64,000 bases of DNA from Akkermansia muciniphila. GTDB lineage: Bacteria; Verrucomicrobiota; Verrucomicrobiia; Verrucomicrobiales; Akkermansiaceae. The notes under the pieces are model-generated. The model was given only the letters and a program-made list of their open reading frames with translations, was not told the DNA's origin and made no database searches. Shown piece by piece: positions 9,937 through 20,292 of this stretch. Numbering within the stretch: position 1 is the stretch's first letter; each line of letters starts with the position of its first letter. The DNA is taken from positions 12,164 through 76,163 of the forward strand of contig CAMAQB010000004.1 of the NCBI GenBank assembly GCA_945860285.1. The letters run 5' to 3'. The position numbers and the translations under genes are program-made.

Positions 9937-11247
9937 TCACCTTCCGGTCGAAAGAAGAGAAAATTTCCCATCGAGGAATCCCAGCACCATCGCCTCGGTG
10001 GCTTCGTGCTCCAGCCGGCTGACGGCATCGGCGCAGAAACCGCGGGCGATGAGCTGTCGCGCGGCATCCGGATGAATGCCCCTGGCGCGCAGATAGAAAA
10101 TTTCATCCTCGCTGATCTGGGAGCTGGTACTGCCATGGCTGCATTTCACGTCGTCGGCATTGATTTCCAGACCGGGCATGGAATTGGCCTCGGCGGCATC
10201 CGACATCAGCAGGTTGCGGCAGGTTTGATAGGCATCGGTGCGGTGCGCGCCTTCATCCACAAAAATCAGGCCGGAAAAAATCGTGCGCGATTCATCATGG
10301 AGAACATTTTTGTAGAGCAAGTCCGAGAATGCTCCCGGTTTCACGTGGTGCTGGAAAGTGCGTTGGTCGTATTCCTGGTCTCCGCCCGATGCCGATACCG
10401 CGAGTATGTTGGATCGGGCGGCTTCCCCCTCGAGGCGCGAGAGCGACTCCGAGCGCGACCATGAAGCGCCGACGCTGAGCAGAAAATATGTGGCGTTGGC
10501 TCCGGCAGCAACCGTGCTTTCGTTGATGGTAATGATTTTGCTGGAAGGGTTCAGAGCCTGGATGGTGGTGTGGCTGAGCGTGGAATTTGCTCCGGCAATC
10601 AAGTCGTTGACCGCGATGGCCAGACCGTGCTGGTCGCTCGTGACCGATTGGAATGTTTCGATCACCCGGACTTTTGCGTTCTTACCGGTAATGACCAGGG
10701 TGTGGGGAAACGATGCGGTATTCTCCCCGTGAAGCCAGTGGTGGATCTCGATCGGGTGCTCGATGGCGATGTCATCCGGCACATAAAGGAAAGTTCCGTT
10801 GCGGAGCTGTGCCGCATGCAGGGCGGAGAATTTCGCCGACCCCAGTTGCGACTCGCGGCGCATGAAATGGGCTTCCACCAGTTCGGGGTGCAGAATCAGC
10901 GCCTCCGCGAGTGGCAGGAAGATCACCGCGGCGGGAAGATCTGCCCGACGGTGGATGATTTCGTCGTTGCAAAAAACCATCTTCGCCGATGATTGCGCGG
11001 TGCCCTGCGAGGGAGCGATCAATTCATCGACATGGCACGAGAGTTCGCTGGCCGGAAAGGTATGGGAGGAAAAGTCCAGCTCACCCATCGACGAAAAGCG
11101 CCAGTTTTCATCACCGCGTTTTGGTGCGGGCAGGGACAGGAATTTTTCCCAGGCCGATTGCTGGCGCCGTGCGAACCATTCGGGAAAAATCGCGGGTGTC
11201 GGTCGCCGGGTGGCGAGGATGGAAGGTAGGGAAATCGCGGTAGGCAT
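9937..11247 (-). CDS. sufD: Fe-S cluster assembly protein SufD
   Basis: ...HTLVITGKNAKVRVIETF..., FQHHVKPGAFSDLLYKNVLHDESRTIFSGLIFV...DAYQTCRNLLMSD...MPGLEINADDVKCSHGSTSSQISEDEIFYLRARGI. The track start 11256 is TTG; the first ATG is at 11247. Confidence 0.85.
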   Translation of the reverse strand: MPTAISLPSILATRRPTPAIFPEWFARRQQSAWEKFLSLPAPKRGDENWRFSSMGELDFSSHTFPASELSCHVDELIAPSQGTAQSSAKMVFCNDEIIHRRADLPAAVIFLPLAEALILHPELVEAHFMRRESQLGSAKFSALHAAQLRNGTFLYVPDDIAIEHPIEIHHWLHGENTASFPHTLVITGKNAKVRVIETFQSVTSDQHGLAIAVNDLIAGANSTLSHTTIQALNPSSKIITINESTVAAGANATYFLLSVGASWSRSESLSRLEGEAARSNILAVSASGGDQEYDQRTFQHHVKPGAFSDLLYKNVLHDESRTIFSGLIFVDEGAHRTDAYQTCRNLLMSDAAEANSMPGLEINADDVKCSHGSTSSQISEDEIFYLRARGIHPDAARQLIARGFCADAVSRLEHEATEAMVLGFLDGKFSLLSTGR

Positions 11248-11295
11248 GCGGGACAATGAAGAGATTGAAAGTAATGCGCGGGTGGTTTTGCGGGA

Positions 11296-12735
11296 TCAAC
11301 CGACACTGCCTTCCATTTCGAGATCGATGAGGCGCTTGAGTTCGACGCTGTATTCCATGGGGAATTCGCGGACGAGGTCGTTGATGAAGCCATTGACGGC
11401 AAGGGACATCGCAGCGCCCTCGCTGATGCCGCGCTGCATCATGTAGAACAGCATTTCGCGCGACACTTGGCTGACACTGGCCTCGTGCTGTGTGGCATGC
11501 TGGTTGCCCTTCACGGTGATCGCGGGATACGTGTCGGTGCGCGACTTGTTGTTGATCAACAGGGCATCGCACTCGGTGTTGTTCTTGCAGCCCTTCAGAT
11601 GTTTCGGAATGAACACCTGGCCGCGATAGGTGGCGCGCCCGGTGCCCACGGAAATGGATTTCGAAACCACATTCGAGGTCGTTTCATCCGCCGCATGGAT
11701 CATCTTGGCACCGGTGTCCTGATGCTGACCGGTGTTGGCAAGCGCGATGGAAATCACCTCGCCGCGGGCCCTGCGGCCTTTCATGATGACCCCCGGGTAT
11801 TTCATCGTCAGTCGCGAACCGATGTTGCAATCGATCCAGCGCACCTCCGCGTCCTCCATCGCAAGTCCGCGTTTGGTGACCAGGTTGAAAACATTCGACG
11901 ACCAGTTTTGCACGGTCACGTATTGGATTTTCGCACCCTTGAGGGCGACGAGTTCCACCACCGCCGAGTGCAGTGTGGCGGTCTCGAATTTCGGCGCGGT
12001 GCAACCTTCCATGTACATCAACTCCGCGCCCTCGTCGGCGATGATCAGCGTGCGCTCGAATTGCCCGAAGCTTTCCGAGTTGATGCGGAAATAGGCCTGC
12101 AGCGGTTGCTTGAGTTTCAGGCCCTTGGGGATGTAAATGAAAGAACCGCCCGAAAAAACCGCCGAGTTCAGCGCCGAGAACTTGTTGTCGCCGGTGGGTA
12201 TCACCTTGCCAAACCAGGGACGGAAAATTTCCTCGTGCTCTTTCAGGCCTTCCGACGAGTTGACGAAGATCACACCTTGTTTGGTGAGTTCCTCCTTGAC
12301 GTTCGAATAGGCGGCCTCGGAGTCGAACTGTGCCTCCACGCCGGCAAGAAAGGCGCGCTCCTGTTGCGGAATGCCGAGTCGCTCAAATGTCTCCAACACA
12401 TCCGCGGGAACGTCGTCCCATGAGCGTTTCGGCTTTTCTCCATCCGAAAGATAGTAGCGGATCTGGTCAAAGTCGATGTTGTCAAGATCATGGGTCGCCC
12501 AGTTGGTGGGCATGGGTTTGTCGCGAAACACCTTCAAGGCCCGGTGACGGAATTCACGCACCCATTGCGGGTCGTTCTTCACGTCGCTGATGTAATCGAT
12601 GGTTTTTTCAGTTAGCCCGCGACCGGCATCGAACTTGTTGCGCTCGGGAAAGGTGAAATCGCCGATCGAGCGGTCGATGTTCACGGCTTCGACCGTATCG
12701 GTGTCGAGGGTGTCGGGAAGTAGTTCAAGGGACAT
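11296..12735 (-). CDS. sufB: Fe-S cluster assembly protein SufB
   Basis: 479 aa. [11 protein letters not shown]..., [13 protein letters not shown], ...[26 protein letters not shown]...[28 protein letters not shown] are typical SufB sequences. Confidence 0.92.
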   Translation of the reverse strand: MSLELLPDTLDTDTVEAVNIDRSIGDFTFPERNKFDAGRGLTEKTIDYISDVKNDPQWVREFRHRALKVFRDKPMPTNWATHDLDNIDFDQIRYYLSDGEKPKRSWDDVPADVLETFERLGIPQQERAFLAGVEAQFDSEAAYSNVKEELTKQGVIFVNSSEGLKEHEEIFRPWFGKVIPTGDNKFSALNSAVFSGGSFIYIPKGLKLKQPLQAYFRINSESFGQFERTLIIADEGAELMYMEGCTAPKFETATLHSAVVELVALKGAKIQYVTVQNWSSNVFNLVTKRGLAMEDAEVRWIDCNIGSRLTMKYPGVIMKGRRARGEVISIALANTGQHQDTGAKMIHAADETTSNVVSKSISVGTGRATYRGQVFIPKHLKGCKNNTECDALLINNKSRTDTYPAITVKGNQHATQHEASVSQVSREMLFYMMQRGISEGAAMSLAVNGFINDLVREFPMEYSVELKRLIDLEMEGSVG

Positions 12736-12771
12736 GGTGTGAAGTATTGAAATGGATCGGCTGAATGGCGG

Positions 12772-13524
12772 TCACGCCGGAGCCAGTTCTTTGAGGAAGT
12801 CGTAGCCGTTTTCCTCGAGTTCGAGAGCGAGGTCCGCTCCGCCCGAGCGAACAATCTGACCGGCTGCCATGACGTGAACTTGATCGGGGGCGATGTAGTC
12901 CAGCAAGCGCTGGTAGTGGGTGATCAGCAGGAAGCCACGATGGGCCGAGCGCATGGCGTTGACACCCTTGGCGACGATTTTCAAGGCATCGATGTCGAGA
13001 CCGGAATCCGTTTCGTCGAGAATCACATACGTCGGGTCGAGCATCATCAACTGCAGGATCTCATTGCGTTTTTTTTCACCGCCGGAAAACCCTTCATTAA
13101 CCGAACGGGCGGTGAACTTGCGATCGATCTCCAGCAAATCCATTTTGGCGTAGAGGTTCTTGTAGTAGGCCACGGCATCGAGTTCCTCGCCCTTCGGCAA
13201 GCGGGCCTGCAGGGCGGCGCGGATGAAATTGGCATTCGAAACGCCCGGGACTTCCGCCGGATATTGGAAAGCGAGAAAAAGGCCCGCGCGCGAGCGTTGA
13301 TCGATGTCCAATTCCAGCACATCAACGCCATCCATGGTCACCGATCCGGCGGTGACTTTGTAGGCTTCGTGACCGGCGATGACCTTGGACAGCGTGGATT
13401 TGCCCGAGCCATTGGGGCCCATGATGGCATGGACCTCTCCCGCGGGGATTTCCAGATTGACCCCTTTGAGGATCGGCGTGCCGTCCTCCAGCGAGGCGTG
13501 CAGATTTTCGATGAGCAATGACAT
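12772..13524 (-). CDS. sufC: Fe-S cluster assembly ATPase SufC
   Basis: [58 protein letters not shown]... (Walker A), [17 protein letters not shown] (signature), [12 protein letters not shown] (Walker B). Start at ATG 13524. Confidence 0.92.
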   Translation of the reverse strand: MSLLIENLHASLEDGTPILKGVNLEIPAGEVHAIMGPNGSGKSTLSKVIAGHEAYKVTAGSVTMDGVDVLELDIDQRSRAGLFLAFQYPAEVPGVSNANFIRAALQARLPKGEELDAVAYYKNLYAKMDLLEIDRKFTARSVNEGFSGGEKKRNEILQLMMLDPTYVILDETDSGLDIDALKIVAKGVNAMRSAHRGFLLITHYQRLLDYIAPDQVHVMAAGQIVRSGGADLALELEENGYDFLKELAPA

Positions 13525-13550
13525 AAAATCGGTGACGTTGGGAAAAAGGA

Positions 13551-13973
13551 TCAATGAATGGAGCCGCGCAGGGTCAGTTCGACATGGTTGATTACGGCAC
13601 CTTCGGGGATCTCAAGGAAATCGCCGAGGCACACGCCGGGCTTGAAGGTGACATCGACAATTCGGCCGCTTTTCTGATCGTGGAAATGACCGTGGTCGTG
13701 AAGGTTCGGGCAATACCGGCAGGGCTCGCGGTCAAAATGCACCTGTTTGATGATGCCGTGCTGGGTCAGCGCCTCGAGGCAGTTGTACACCGTCGCCAGG
13801 GATATTTGTGGCAACCGGTCTTTAACCACGACGAATACATCCTGTGCGGTGGGATGAACCCGGTCCGCCATCAACGTTTTGTAAACCTCGCGACGCTGAC
13901 GTGTCATCCGCAAGCCCTTGATCACTGCGGGAATTTCGTCGTTTTCGGAAATGTTTTCTGCGTTGTGGACCAT
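13551..13973 (-). CDS. Fur-family transcriptional regulator
   Basis: [53 protein letters not shown] (winged helix) followed by [15 protein letters not shown] metal-site residues. Sits directly upstream of sufC in the same orientation. Confidence 0.8.
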   Translation of the reverse strand: MVHNAENISENDEIPAVIKGLRMTRQRREVYKTLMADRVHPTAQDVFVVVKDRLPQISLATVYNCLEALTQHGIIKQVHFDREPCRYCPNLHDHGHFHDQKSGRIVDVTFKPGVCLGDFLEIPEGAVINHVELTLRGSIH

Positions 13974-14010
13974 GTCGGATGGCGAAAGCTAGCCCGACTT
14001 TTTTCGATAT

Positions 14011-14025
14011 CAAGAATAATTCTTA
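14011..14025 (-). promoter_or_regulatory. Candidate Fur-family operator (6-1-6 palindrome AAGAAT-A-ATTCTT)
   Basis: cAAGAATaATTCTTa lies 39-51 nt upstream of the Fur-family gene ATG (13973) in an AT-rich leader. It shares the AAT-N-ATT core of 7-1-7 Fur/PerR boxes. Motif-level evidence only. Confidence 0.35.
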
Positions 14026-14040
14026 TTTTTATTCCTATTG

Positions 14041-14649
14041 TTAAAATCCTTTCCAAAACAACAGGGCGCAGGCGAGGATGGCGAGGCCATAGGCGATGCC
14101 GGCGGCGCAGCACGCATTCCAGCGCGATTGTTTGGCGGTCACCCAGCTCACCGCATCGCGGAAGGTGTATGGCATGCCGACCCAAAACAGGGAAAAGACG
14201 ATCAATCCGTAGGTCCAGAGCGGAACCAGCAGCCGGCTGGTGGGATCCTTGAGGAATGCAGCGCTGAGCAGTGGTTGGGCGATCAACAGACCGAGCAGAC
14301 CGAGGGCGCGTACCGATAGAAATTCGGTGATCGAAAGTGCTACGAGCACGAACAACACCGGCATCAGCAGCCGCAGGATGGGTTTGATGGCATTGAATTC
14401 CGTCATGTCCATGGCGAGCGAGCTGATCCAGCCTTTGCCCTCGGGGGCGATCAGCAACCAGAACAGCAGCATGCCCAGACCGAGAATGACTTGGCCGATT
14501 TTCTGATTGCGCGGGAACTTGATCAGGAACCGCTTGCTTTGTTCCGCCCGGAACAACAGCAGCGAATGAATCACCGCGAGTACCAGACCCAGCACAATGC
14601 CGGTATGGTAAAGGGTCAGGTGTTCATAGGCGTGCATCGAAGGATTCAT
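14041..14649 (-). CDS. Integral membrane protein, unknown function
   Basis: 202-aa ORF with several long hydrophobic segments (GIVLGLVLAVIHSLLLF, VILGLGMLLFWLLIAP, LLMPVLFVLVALSITEFL, LVPLWTYGLIVFSLFWV, AAGIAYGLAILACALLFW). No family recognised. Confidence 0.6.
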   Translation of the reverse strand: MNPSMHAYEHLTLYHTGIVLGLVLAVIHSLLLFRAEQSKRFLIKFPRNQKIGQVILGLGMLLFWLLIAPEGKGWISSLAMDMTEFNAIKPILRLLMPVLFVLVALSITEFLSVRALGLLGLLIAQPLLSAAFLKDPTSRLLVPLWTYGLIVFSLFWVGMPYTFRDAVSWVTAKQSRWNACCAAGIAYGLAILACALLFWKGF

Positions 14650-14688
14650 GTGCGGGAGTTCTTAGGGAAGCGCGATTGGCTGCGCAAG

Positions 14689-15315
14689 TCAAATCGGCGG
14701 TGTTTGCCGCAGGGCGGGTAATGCGCTCAGATCGCGCTTGATCCAAAATTGCAACTTGTTCTCCTGCTCCAAGCCGCTGTCCACCTGCTTCCAAGAAAGG
14801 GTGGCCTGCAACTCACAGAGTTCGTAACCACGCTTGTGCCAGAGCGCGTGATTGTCAAAGTAAACCTTGGGCTTCAGCGGGTGATCGGACGGACGCACAA
14901 CCGCGCAAAATGTCGCCTGCGAACAGCCGAGCTGGCGGGCATGCGCCTCTCTTTTGTCAAAGAACGCGTGGCCAATACCCTGACCGCGGTAGTCTTTTCT
15001 CAGCACCGATTCGCCAAGATAAAAGATGTCATGCAGATTCAGTTGCGCTTCAAGAAACGGTTTTTGAAATGAGCTGTCGGCATGGGCAAGCGGCAGTCCC
15101 GTCGATATTCCGACGGTTTCCCCGTCATCCTGCGCCAGCACGAAGATGCTTTGCGGACATCGTGCGTAGGCTGTTAAATATTCCTCCTCTGACTCAAGGC
15201 TGCCCTCATACAAATACGGATACTCACGAAAAACCTCGATGCGCAGATGGGCCACCGCATCGAGGTAGGGAAGGATCTCTTCGCCACACCGGGTCATGAT
15301 CGTGGGATGGCTCAT
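14689..15315 (-). CDS. GNAT family N-acetyltransferase
   Basis: The acetyl-CoA binding motif context VLRKDYRGQGIGHAFFDKREAHARQLG, and the size (208 aa), are typical of GNAT enzymes. Confidence 0.7.
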   Translation of the reverse strand: MSHPTIMTRCGEEILPYLDAVAHLRIEVFREYPYLYEGSLESEEEYLTAYARCPQSIFVLAQDDGETVGISTGLPLAHADSSFQKPFLEAQLNLHDIFYLGESVLRKDYRGQGIGHAFFDKREAHARQLGCSQATFCAVVRPSDHPLKPKVYFDNHALWHKRGYELCELQATLSWKQVDSGLEQENKLQFWIKRDLSALPALRQTPPI

Positions 15316-15339
15316 GAACGATGGCGAATCGCAGGATGG

Positions 15340-17673
15340 TCAGAACTTGTAGTCGAGGTAAAATTGGAACTGGCCTCCCTTGTCTGATTCCGGATCGGGA
15401 GATTCCAGAGGCACGGCGTAGTCGAACGCCAGCGGACCAAAAGGCAGGTTCAGGCGCAAGCCGAGACCTGCGTCGGTGTGGAGATTCGAGGTGTCAAAAT
15501 CATAAGCGTCCGCATTGACAAAACCCGCATCGTAGAAAACCGCGCCGCGGACCTGTTCGAAAAGCGGCACGGTGTATTCCAAAGACAGCCATCCCATCGA
15601 GTTGCCACCGATGACTTCCTTCGATGTGGCATCGCGCGGTCCGACATCGCGGAATTCAAAGCCGCGCAGGGTGCGGGCACCGCCGAGGAACTGGCGGTCG
15701 AAAATCGGCACTTCATCATCACTGGTGCTGTCAACCATGCCGATCTCGGCATTCACCGAAAGAATGGTGTCCCAGGCGAGATTCCAGTACTTGGATCCCG
15801 AGGCGCTGAAGGTGATCGTATTCACATCGCCACCGACACCCGCGTAGTTGAGGCCGACATCGACCTTGTGTCCCTCGCGCGGCGTCTGGTTGCTGTCGCG
15901 ACTGTCGTATACGTAATTTACACCGATCGAACTGCGCAGGTAGCTGTCATCCAATCCTTGGAAATACAAGGCATCCGGTCCGGATTCGGCATCCAGTTCG
16001 ATACTTTCGATGCGGTATTCACCCTTCACATACGCCCTTTCACCCAGCGGCTGGCGCAGGAAAATGGCGGCGCCCATGTTCGTCTGGCTGTAGAAGTCGC
16101 TGAAAAAAAGAGCGTTTCTGTAGAAAACTTCGCCACCCAGCGAGAGTTTGCGGTCGAGGAACCACGGTTCCACCAGTGACATGGTGAAGTCGCGTCGCTC
16201 GGCACCCGCGCGCAGGCTGGCATTGAAGCGCTGGCCGCCACCGGTGAAGTGCCAAGGGTTGAGCAGGTCGAAGTTGGTTTGCTCCACAGTGACATAACCA
16301 ACGATGTTGTCGATCGAACTGAATCCGACCCCGAAACCGAGCGAGCCGGTTTTTTTCTCGTCGACCAGAATGTTCAAATCGCGATAGCCGCTGCCACCTG
16401 GAGCGGTGCTGACCTGGGCGTCGTTGAAATAGTTCAGGTTGCGCAAGCGGGTGCGGGTGGTCTCGACATCGACCGAGTTGAACCAGTCGCCGGGTTTGAG
16501 CGGAACCTCGCGGCGGATCACCTTGTCCTTCGACTTGGTATTGCCGCTGATGTTGACGCGGCCGACGCGGTAACGACCGCCTTCGGTGATGCGATAGGTG
16601 ATTTGCACCGAGTTGCCCGAGGCGTTGTCGATGTCCGGAACCACGGTGGCATCTGCGTATCCACGAGACCCGTAGTAGCTGCGAATCATGTCGATGTCGG
16701 CACGCATTTTCTTGGCCGAGTAGGGATTGCCGCCGACCAGGGTCAGTGCGGGATAGAGTTCATCGGGACGAAAGACGCTCATCTTGCCGAAGCCCACGCC
16801 GTGAACGGAGTACTTGCCGCCTTCGTTGATCGGAATGACCAGGTCCATCTTGCCGTCGCCGGTGGGCACACGCTGGATTCCGGTGCTGGAGACGCGCAGG
16901 TAGCCTTTGTTGCGGTAGTAATCGAGAACCTCTTCCAAGTCCTCATCCAGTTGGTTGCCCTCGACGCGGCCCGACTTGGTGATGAACGAAAAGATGCCCT
17001 TTTCCTTGGTCTTCATCACCTTTTTCAAGTCGGCGGCCTTGATGCTGCCGTTGCCCTCGAAGCGGATGTCGCGCACTTCGTTTTTCACTCCCTCATCGAT
17101 GATGAAAATCAGCGCGGCCCCACCGTTTTCGCCGGGTTGCATTTTGTGGCTGACCGTCACGTCCGGGTATCCGTAGCCCTGGTAGTAGGCTTCGATGTTG
17201 CGACGCGCGGCCAGAATCTCTTCGTCGCTCAACGCGCCGCCGGGTTTCAATTTCGATTCCTTGGCGAGCTTCTTTTCGCTGAAAATGTTGTTGCCGACAA
17301 AGCCCACCGCTTCGAGCGCGGGGCGGGTGGCCACTTCGGCGATCAACTTCACGCCGCTGCCCGACGTTTCGGCAAGCCAGCGCACGTCATCGACCTGACC
17401 GGATTCGTATAGCTTCTTGATGTCGGCATCGAGCTTTTCCGTGCTGTATTTTTGCCCGGCTTGGGTGCTGAGCCGGCTGCGGATCGCGGCTTCGTCAACG
17501 GTTTTGCTGCCACGATAGCGGATTTCCACGCTGGTGATGTTTTTTCCCTCGAAATCAAGCATCTGTGCCATTCCGGTCATCGGTGCGCAAAACAGGAGCG
17601 CGGAAAGAAACATTGTCGCATTCGCGGAGGAGGGGAAAGCGCGTTTCGGGTGACCGGATGACAAATGTTTCAT
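15340..17673 (-). CDS. bamA: Outer membrane protein assembly factor BamA
   Basis: 777 aa. Signal peptide, repeated POTRA-like units (e.g. ITSVEIRYRGSKTVDEAAIRSRL, VRDIRFEGNGSIKAADLKKVM, VGRVNISGNTKSKDKVIRREV) and a C-terminal Omp85 barrel ending ...GGQFQFYLDYKF. Confidence 0.88.
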   Translation of the reverse strand: MKHLSSGHPKRAFPSSANATMFLSALLFCAPMTGMAQMLDFEGKNITSVEIRYRGSKTVDEAAIRSRLSTQAGQKYSTEKLDADIKKLYESGQVDDVRWLAETSGSGVKLIAEVATRPALEAVGFVGNNIFSEKKLAKESKLKPGGALSDEEILAARRNIEAYYQGYGYPDVTVSHKMQPGENGGAALIFIIDEGVKNEVRDIRFEGNGSIKAADLKKVMKTKEKGIFSFITKSGRVEGNQLDEDLEEVLDYYRNKGYLRVSSTGIQRVPTGDGKMDLVIPINEGGKYSVHGVGFGKMSVFRPDELYPALTLVGGNPYSAKKMRADIDMIRSYYGSRGYADATVVPDIDNASGNSVQITYRITEGGRYRVGRVNISGNTKSKDKVIRREVPLKPGDWFNSVDVETTRTRLRNLNYFNDAQVSTAPGGSGYRDLNILVDEKKTGSLGFGVGFSSIDNIVGYVTVEQTNFDLLNPWHFTGGGQRFNASLRAGAERRDFTMSLVEPWFLDRKLSLGGEVFYRNALFFSDFYSQTNMGAAIFLRQPLGERAYVKGEYRIESIELDAESGPDALYFQGLDDSYLRSSIGVNYVYDSRDSNQTPREGHKVDVGLNYAGVGGDVNTITFSASGSKYWNLAWDTILSVNAEIGMVDSTSDDEVPIFDRQFLGGARTLRGFEFRDVGPRDATSKEVIGGNSMGWLSLEYTVPLFEQVRGAVFYDAGFVNADAYDFDTSNLHTDAGLGLRLNLPFGPLAFDYAVPLESPDPESDKGGQFQFYLDYKF

Positions 17674-17805
17674 ATTTCGTATATCTTAAGGAACGAGCCC
17701 CATCAGACCGGATGAAGGGGGGGCCGTCAAGGGAGAAGTGCGAGGAATTGCAAATATGTTAGCGCGTCGGCAAGTTGGCCGGACAACGCCACGTATCATC
17801 GGGAT

Positions 17806-18642
17806 ATGATCCTTTTGTTTCTCCGGCGATGGGTTTTTCTGCTGTCGTTTTCGCTGCAAGCAGCGGAAGGGGAGAATCCCCTGCGGGTGGAGATGAAACT
17901 CGATGTCAAAACTATCGTGCCCGGTCAAACCTTTCAGGCCGGGTTCCTGTTGCGGCATCCGGAGGGCTATCACAGCTACTGGAAACACCCGGGCATCGTC
18001 GGCCTCGCGACCTCGGTGAAATGGGAGCTTCCCGACGGTTTCGTCGCCGGGGAAATCCGCTGGCCGGCACCGCAGAAAGTAGCGATGGGGCCTTATCCCG
18101 CACAGGGTTACCACGATGAGACCTTGCTGATGATTCCGCTCACCGCCCCCGCTGTCCTGCCCGCCGGCGACTACGAATTGAAGGCCAAAGTGACCTGGAT
18201 GTGTTGCAGCAAAACCTGCCACCCCGGGCTGGCAGTGCCGTTTTCCCACTCGGTTCATGTGGGCCAATCCACGGCCATCGATGACATCATGCAGCCGATC
18301 TTCGCGAAGTACCTCGCCATGGTTCCCGTCAAGGACGATGCCTGGGAGACCTCTTTCCAAGTGGAGAAGGACAAGATTTTGCTCCATGTCAATGCGGCAA
18401 AGGGCAACACCCGTTCGGCGCGCGACCTCGGCGAGCTGTGGTTTTTCACAGCTGACGGCACAGTCGACAGCGCAAAACCCCAGCGCGTTGTTTTTGATGA
18501 ATCCGGAAATGCGGCATTGGAAATGGAGCGTTCGGAGTTTGCTCTCGCCACGATCCTGCGCTTGCCTGGGGTTCTTTATGCTCCGCGGGGATGGAGCGCG
18601 GGCAGGAAACACATCGAGATCGACTCTCTTCCGCGGAAGTAG
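17806..18642 (+). CDS. DsbD N-terminal-domain-like (thiol:disulfide interchange) periplasmic protein
   Basis: Signal peptide, then GFLLRHPEGYHSYWKHPGIVGLATSVKWELPDGFVAGEIRWPAPQ and KVTWMCCSKTCHPG, as in the DsbD/ScsB N-terminal domain family. Confidence 0.6.
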   Translation: MILLFLRRWVFLLSFSLQAAEGENPLRVEMKLDVKTIVPGQTFQAGFLLRHPEGYHSYWKHPGIVGLATSVKWELPDGFVAGEIRWPAPQKVAMGPYPAQGYHDETLLMIPLTAPAVLPAGDYELKAKVTWMCCSKTCHPGLAVPFSHSVHVGQSTAIDDIMQPIFAKYLAMVPVKDDAWETSFQVEKDKILLHVNAAKGNTRSARDLGELWFFTADGTVDSAKPQRVVFDESGNAALEMERSEFALATILRLPGVLYAPRGWSAGRKHIEIDSLPRK

Positions 18643-18690
18643 CCGCTTTTTTGCCATCGACGCATCACGCGGATATGGTACAATGCCGGC

Positions 18691-19299
18691 ATGCAAATTC
18701 TTGATCAGCTCGGCGTCGCTCTGGGACTGGCCACTCTGGCGGGTCTCAATCTCTATCTGACCGTGTTGGTCGCGGGTCTGGCACTGCGGTTTCACTGGAT
18801 CGTTCTCTCAGGTCCCTACGAAAATCTTGCCGTGCTCGGCAATCCGTGGGTGATGGGTGTTGCCGCCGCCCTTTTCATGATTGAATTTTTCGCCGACAAG
18901 GTGCCCTGGGTGGACAGCACCTGGGATGCGGTGCACACGGTGGTGAGACCTGCCGGGGGGATTTTTCTGGCGTTGACCGCTTTGGGTCACATGGATCCCG
19001 CGATGACCGTGATCGCGGCCCTGCTGGCGGGTGGTGCCGCCCTCGCCACGCACAGCACCAAGGCGAGCACCCGGCTGGTTTTGAATGCATCGCCGGAACC
19101 GGTGTCGAACAGCGTCGCCAGCCTTGCCGAAGATGGACTGGTATTGGGCGGCATGGGACTGATTGCCGCAGCCCCACTCGTCGCTCTGGTGGTCTTCATC
19201 ATTCTCGTGATCGCAAGCGTCGTGATCACCAGCTGGCTATGGAAAAAAGTCACGTCGCTCGGCAGGCGGCGTCGCGCCGCGGCGGCAGCCCTGCCATGA
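18691..19299 (+). CDS. DUF4126 domain-containing membrane protein
   Basis: LGVALGLATLAGLNLYLTVLVAGL...FFADKVPWVDSTWDAVHTVVRPAGG pattern and four or more TM segments are typical of DUF4126. Confidence 0.6.
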   Translation: MQILDQLGVALGLATLAGLNLYLTVLVAGLALRFHWIVLSGPYENLAVLGNPWVMGVAAALFMIEFFADKVPWVDSTWDAVHTVVRPAGGIFLALTALGHMDPAMTVIAALLAGGAALATHSTKASTRLVLNASPEPVSNSVASLAEDGLVLGGMGLIAAAPLVALVVFIILVIASVVITSWLWKKVTSLGRRRRAAAAALP

Positions 19300-20147
19300 A
19301 CGTTCGCGTCGGTGGTTTGGAACTCGGCGGCACGAAAACCGTCGTCGCGATCGGCACGGCTGATGGCGCTGTGATGGAGGAATTCCGCTATGCCACCACG
19401 AATCCGGAGGAAACCCTGACCATTGCCGCAGATTGGTGGCGTCAGCGGGGGCCGCTTGTGAAAATCGGCATCGCCGCGTTCGGTCCGATCCGACTGCAGG
19501 GGCATGCATGCGATTTCGGCACATTGCTGCGCACTCCGAAAACAGCCTGGCAGGGTTTTTCCCTTGCGAATTTTTTCCGGGAGCGGTTTCCTGAATCCTT
19601 ACTTTGCATCGATACCGATGTCAATGCCGCGTTGCTTGGTGAATTGCAATGCGGCGCGGCCCGCGGCATGCGCAATGTCATCTATGTCACAGTGGGCACC
19701 GGCATCGGTGCGGGGATATTTTGCGAAGGAAACCTCGTCTACGGCACCTTGCACCCGGAATTCGGTCACCTGCGTGTGCCGCGACATCGCGATGATTCTT
19801 TTGTCGGAGCATGCCCGTTTCATCGGGACTGTCTCGAAGGTTTGGCAAGCGGTCCCGCCATGGAACAACGTTGGGGCCTGGCGGGCAATCTGTTGCCGTT
19901 GCATCACGCCGCATGGGAAATGGAGGCCTGGTATCTGGCGCAGGGGATTTATTCCGCCTGCACATTGTTGACACCGGAAATAATCCTGTTAGGCGGGGGC
20001 GTTTCTCAACAAGAAGGTCTGCACGACAGGGTAGCGGCCCTGCTTGACGAACTCGGCAACGGTTATTTTGAGACCTACGCCAGCCGCATCAGGCGGCCTG
20101 CCCTCGATCAGCAGGCAGGCATTGTCGGTGCATTGTTGTTGTCGTGA
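19296..20147 (+). CDS. ROK-family fructokinase
   Basis: MNVRVGGLELGGTKTVV..., DTDVNAALLGE, VTVGTGIGAGIF, HPEFGHLRVPRH...CPFHRDCLEGLASGPAMEQRWG. Closely resembles Bacillus-type ROK fructokinases. ATG 19296 overlaps the upstream stop (ATGA). Confidence 0.8.
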   Translation: MNVRVGGLELGGTKTVVAIGTADGAVMEEFRYATTNPEETLTIAADWWRQRGPLVKIGIAAFGPIRLQGHACDFGTLLRTPKTAWQGFSLANFFRERFPESLLCIDTDVNAALLGELQCGAARGMRNVIYVTVGTGIGAGIFCEGNLVYGTLHPEFGHLRVPRHRDDSFVGACPFHRDCLEGLASGPAMEQRWGLAGNLLPLHHAAWEMEAWYLAQGIYSACTLLTPEIILLGGGVSQQEGLHDRVAALLDELGNGYFETYASRIRRPALDQQAGIVGALLLS

Positions 20148-20292
20148 TGAGCCAATGAAGTTGCCGAATGGACGCGTCGATGGTTCAGGAGCAGAACAAG
20201 CGGAGATCCCACCGCAACATTGCGCAATCACAATCACGCCCCTTCCCATTCGAAAAAAACCCGTGAAAATTTTTCATGGACATTCCCCTCCT

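Noticed and set aside
13974-14004. Hairpin GTCGG...CCGAC followed by T6
   Set aside because: The stem is only 5 bp. It is oriented for plus-strand termination where no plus-strand gene exists, and it overlaps the Fur-family start codon.
16249-18795. Long ORFs 16249-17412 (+) and 17686-18795 (-)
   Set aside because: They are antisense to bamA and to the DsbD-N-like and DUF4126 genes respectively. They show no motifs, and the opposite-strand genes have strong family signatures.
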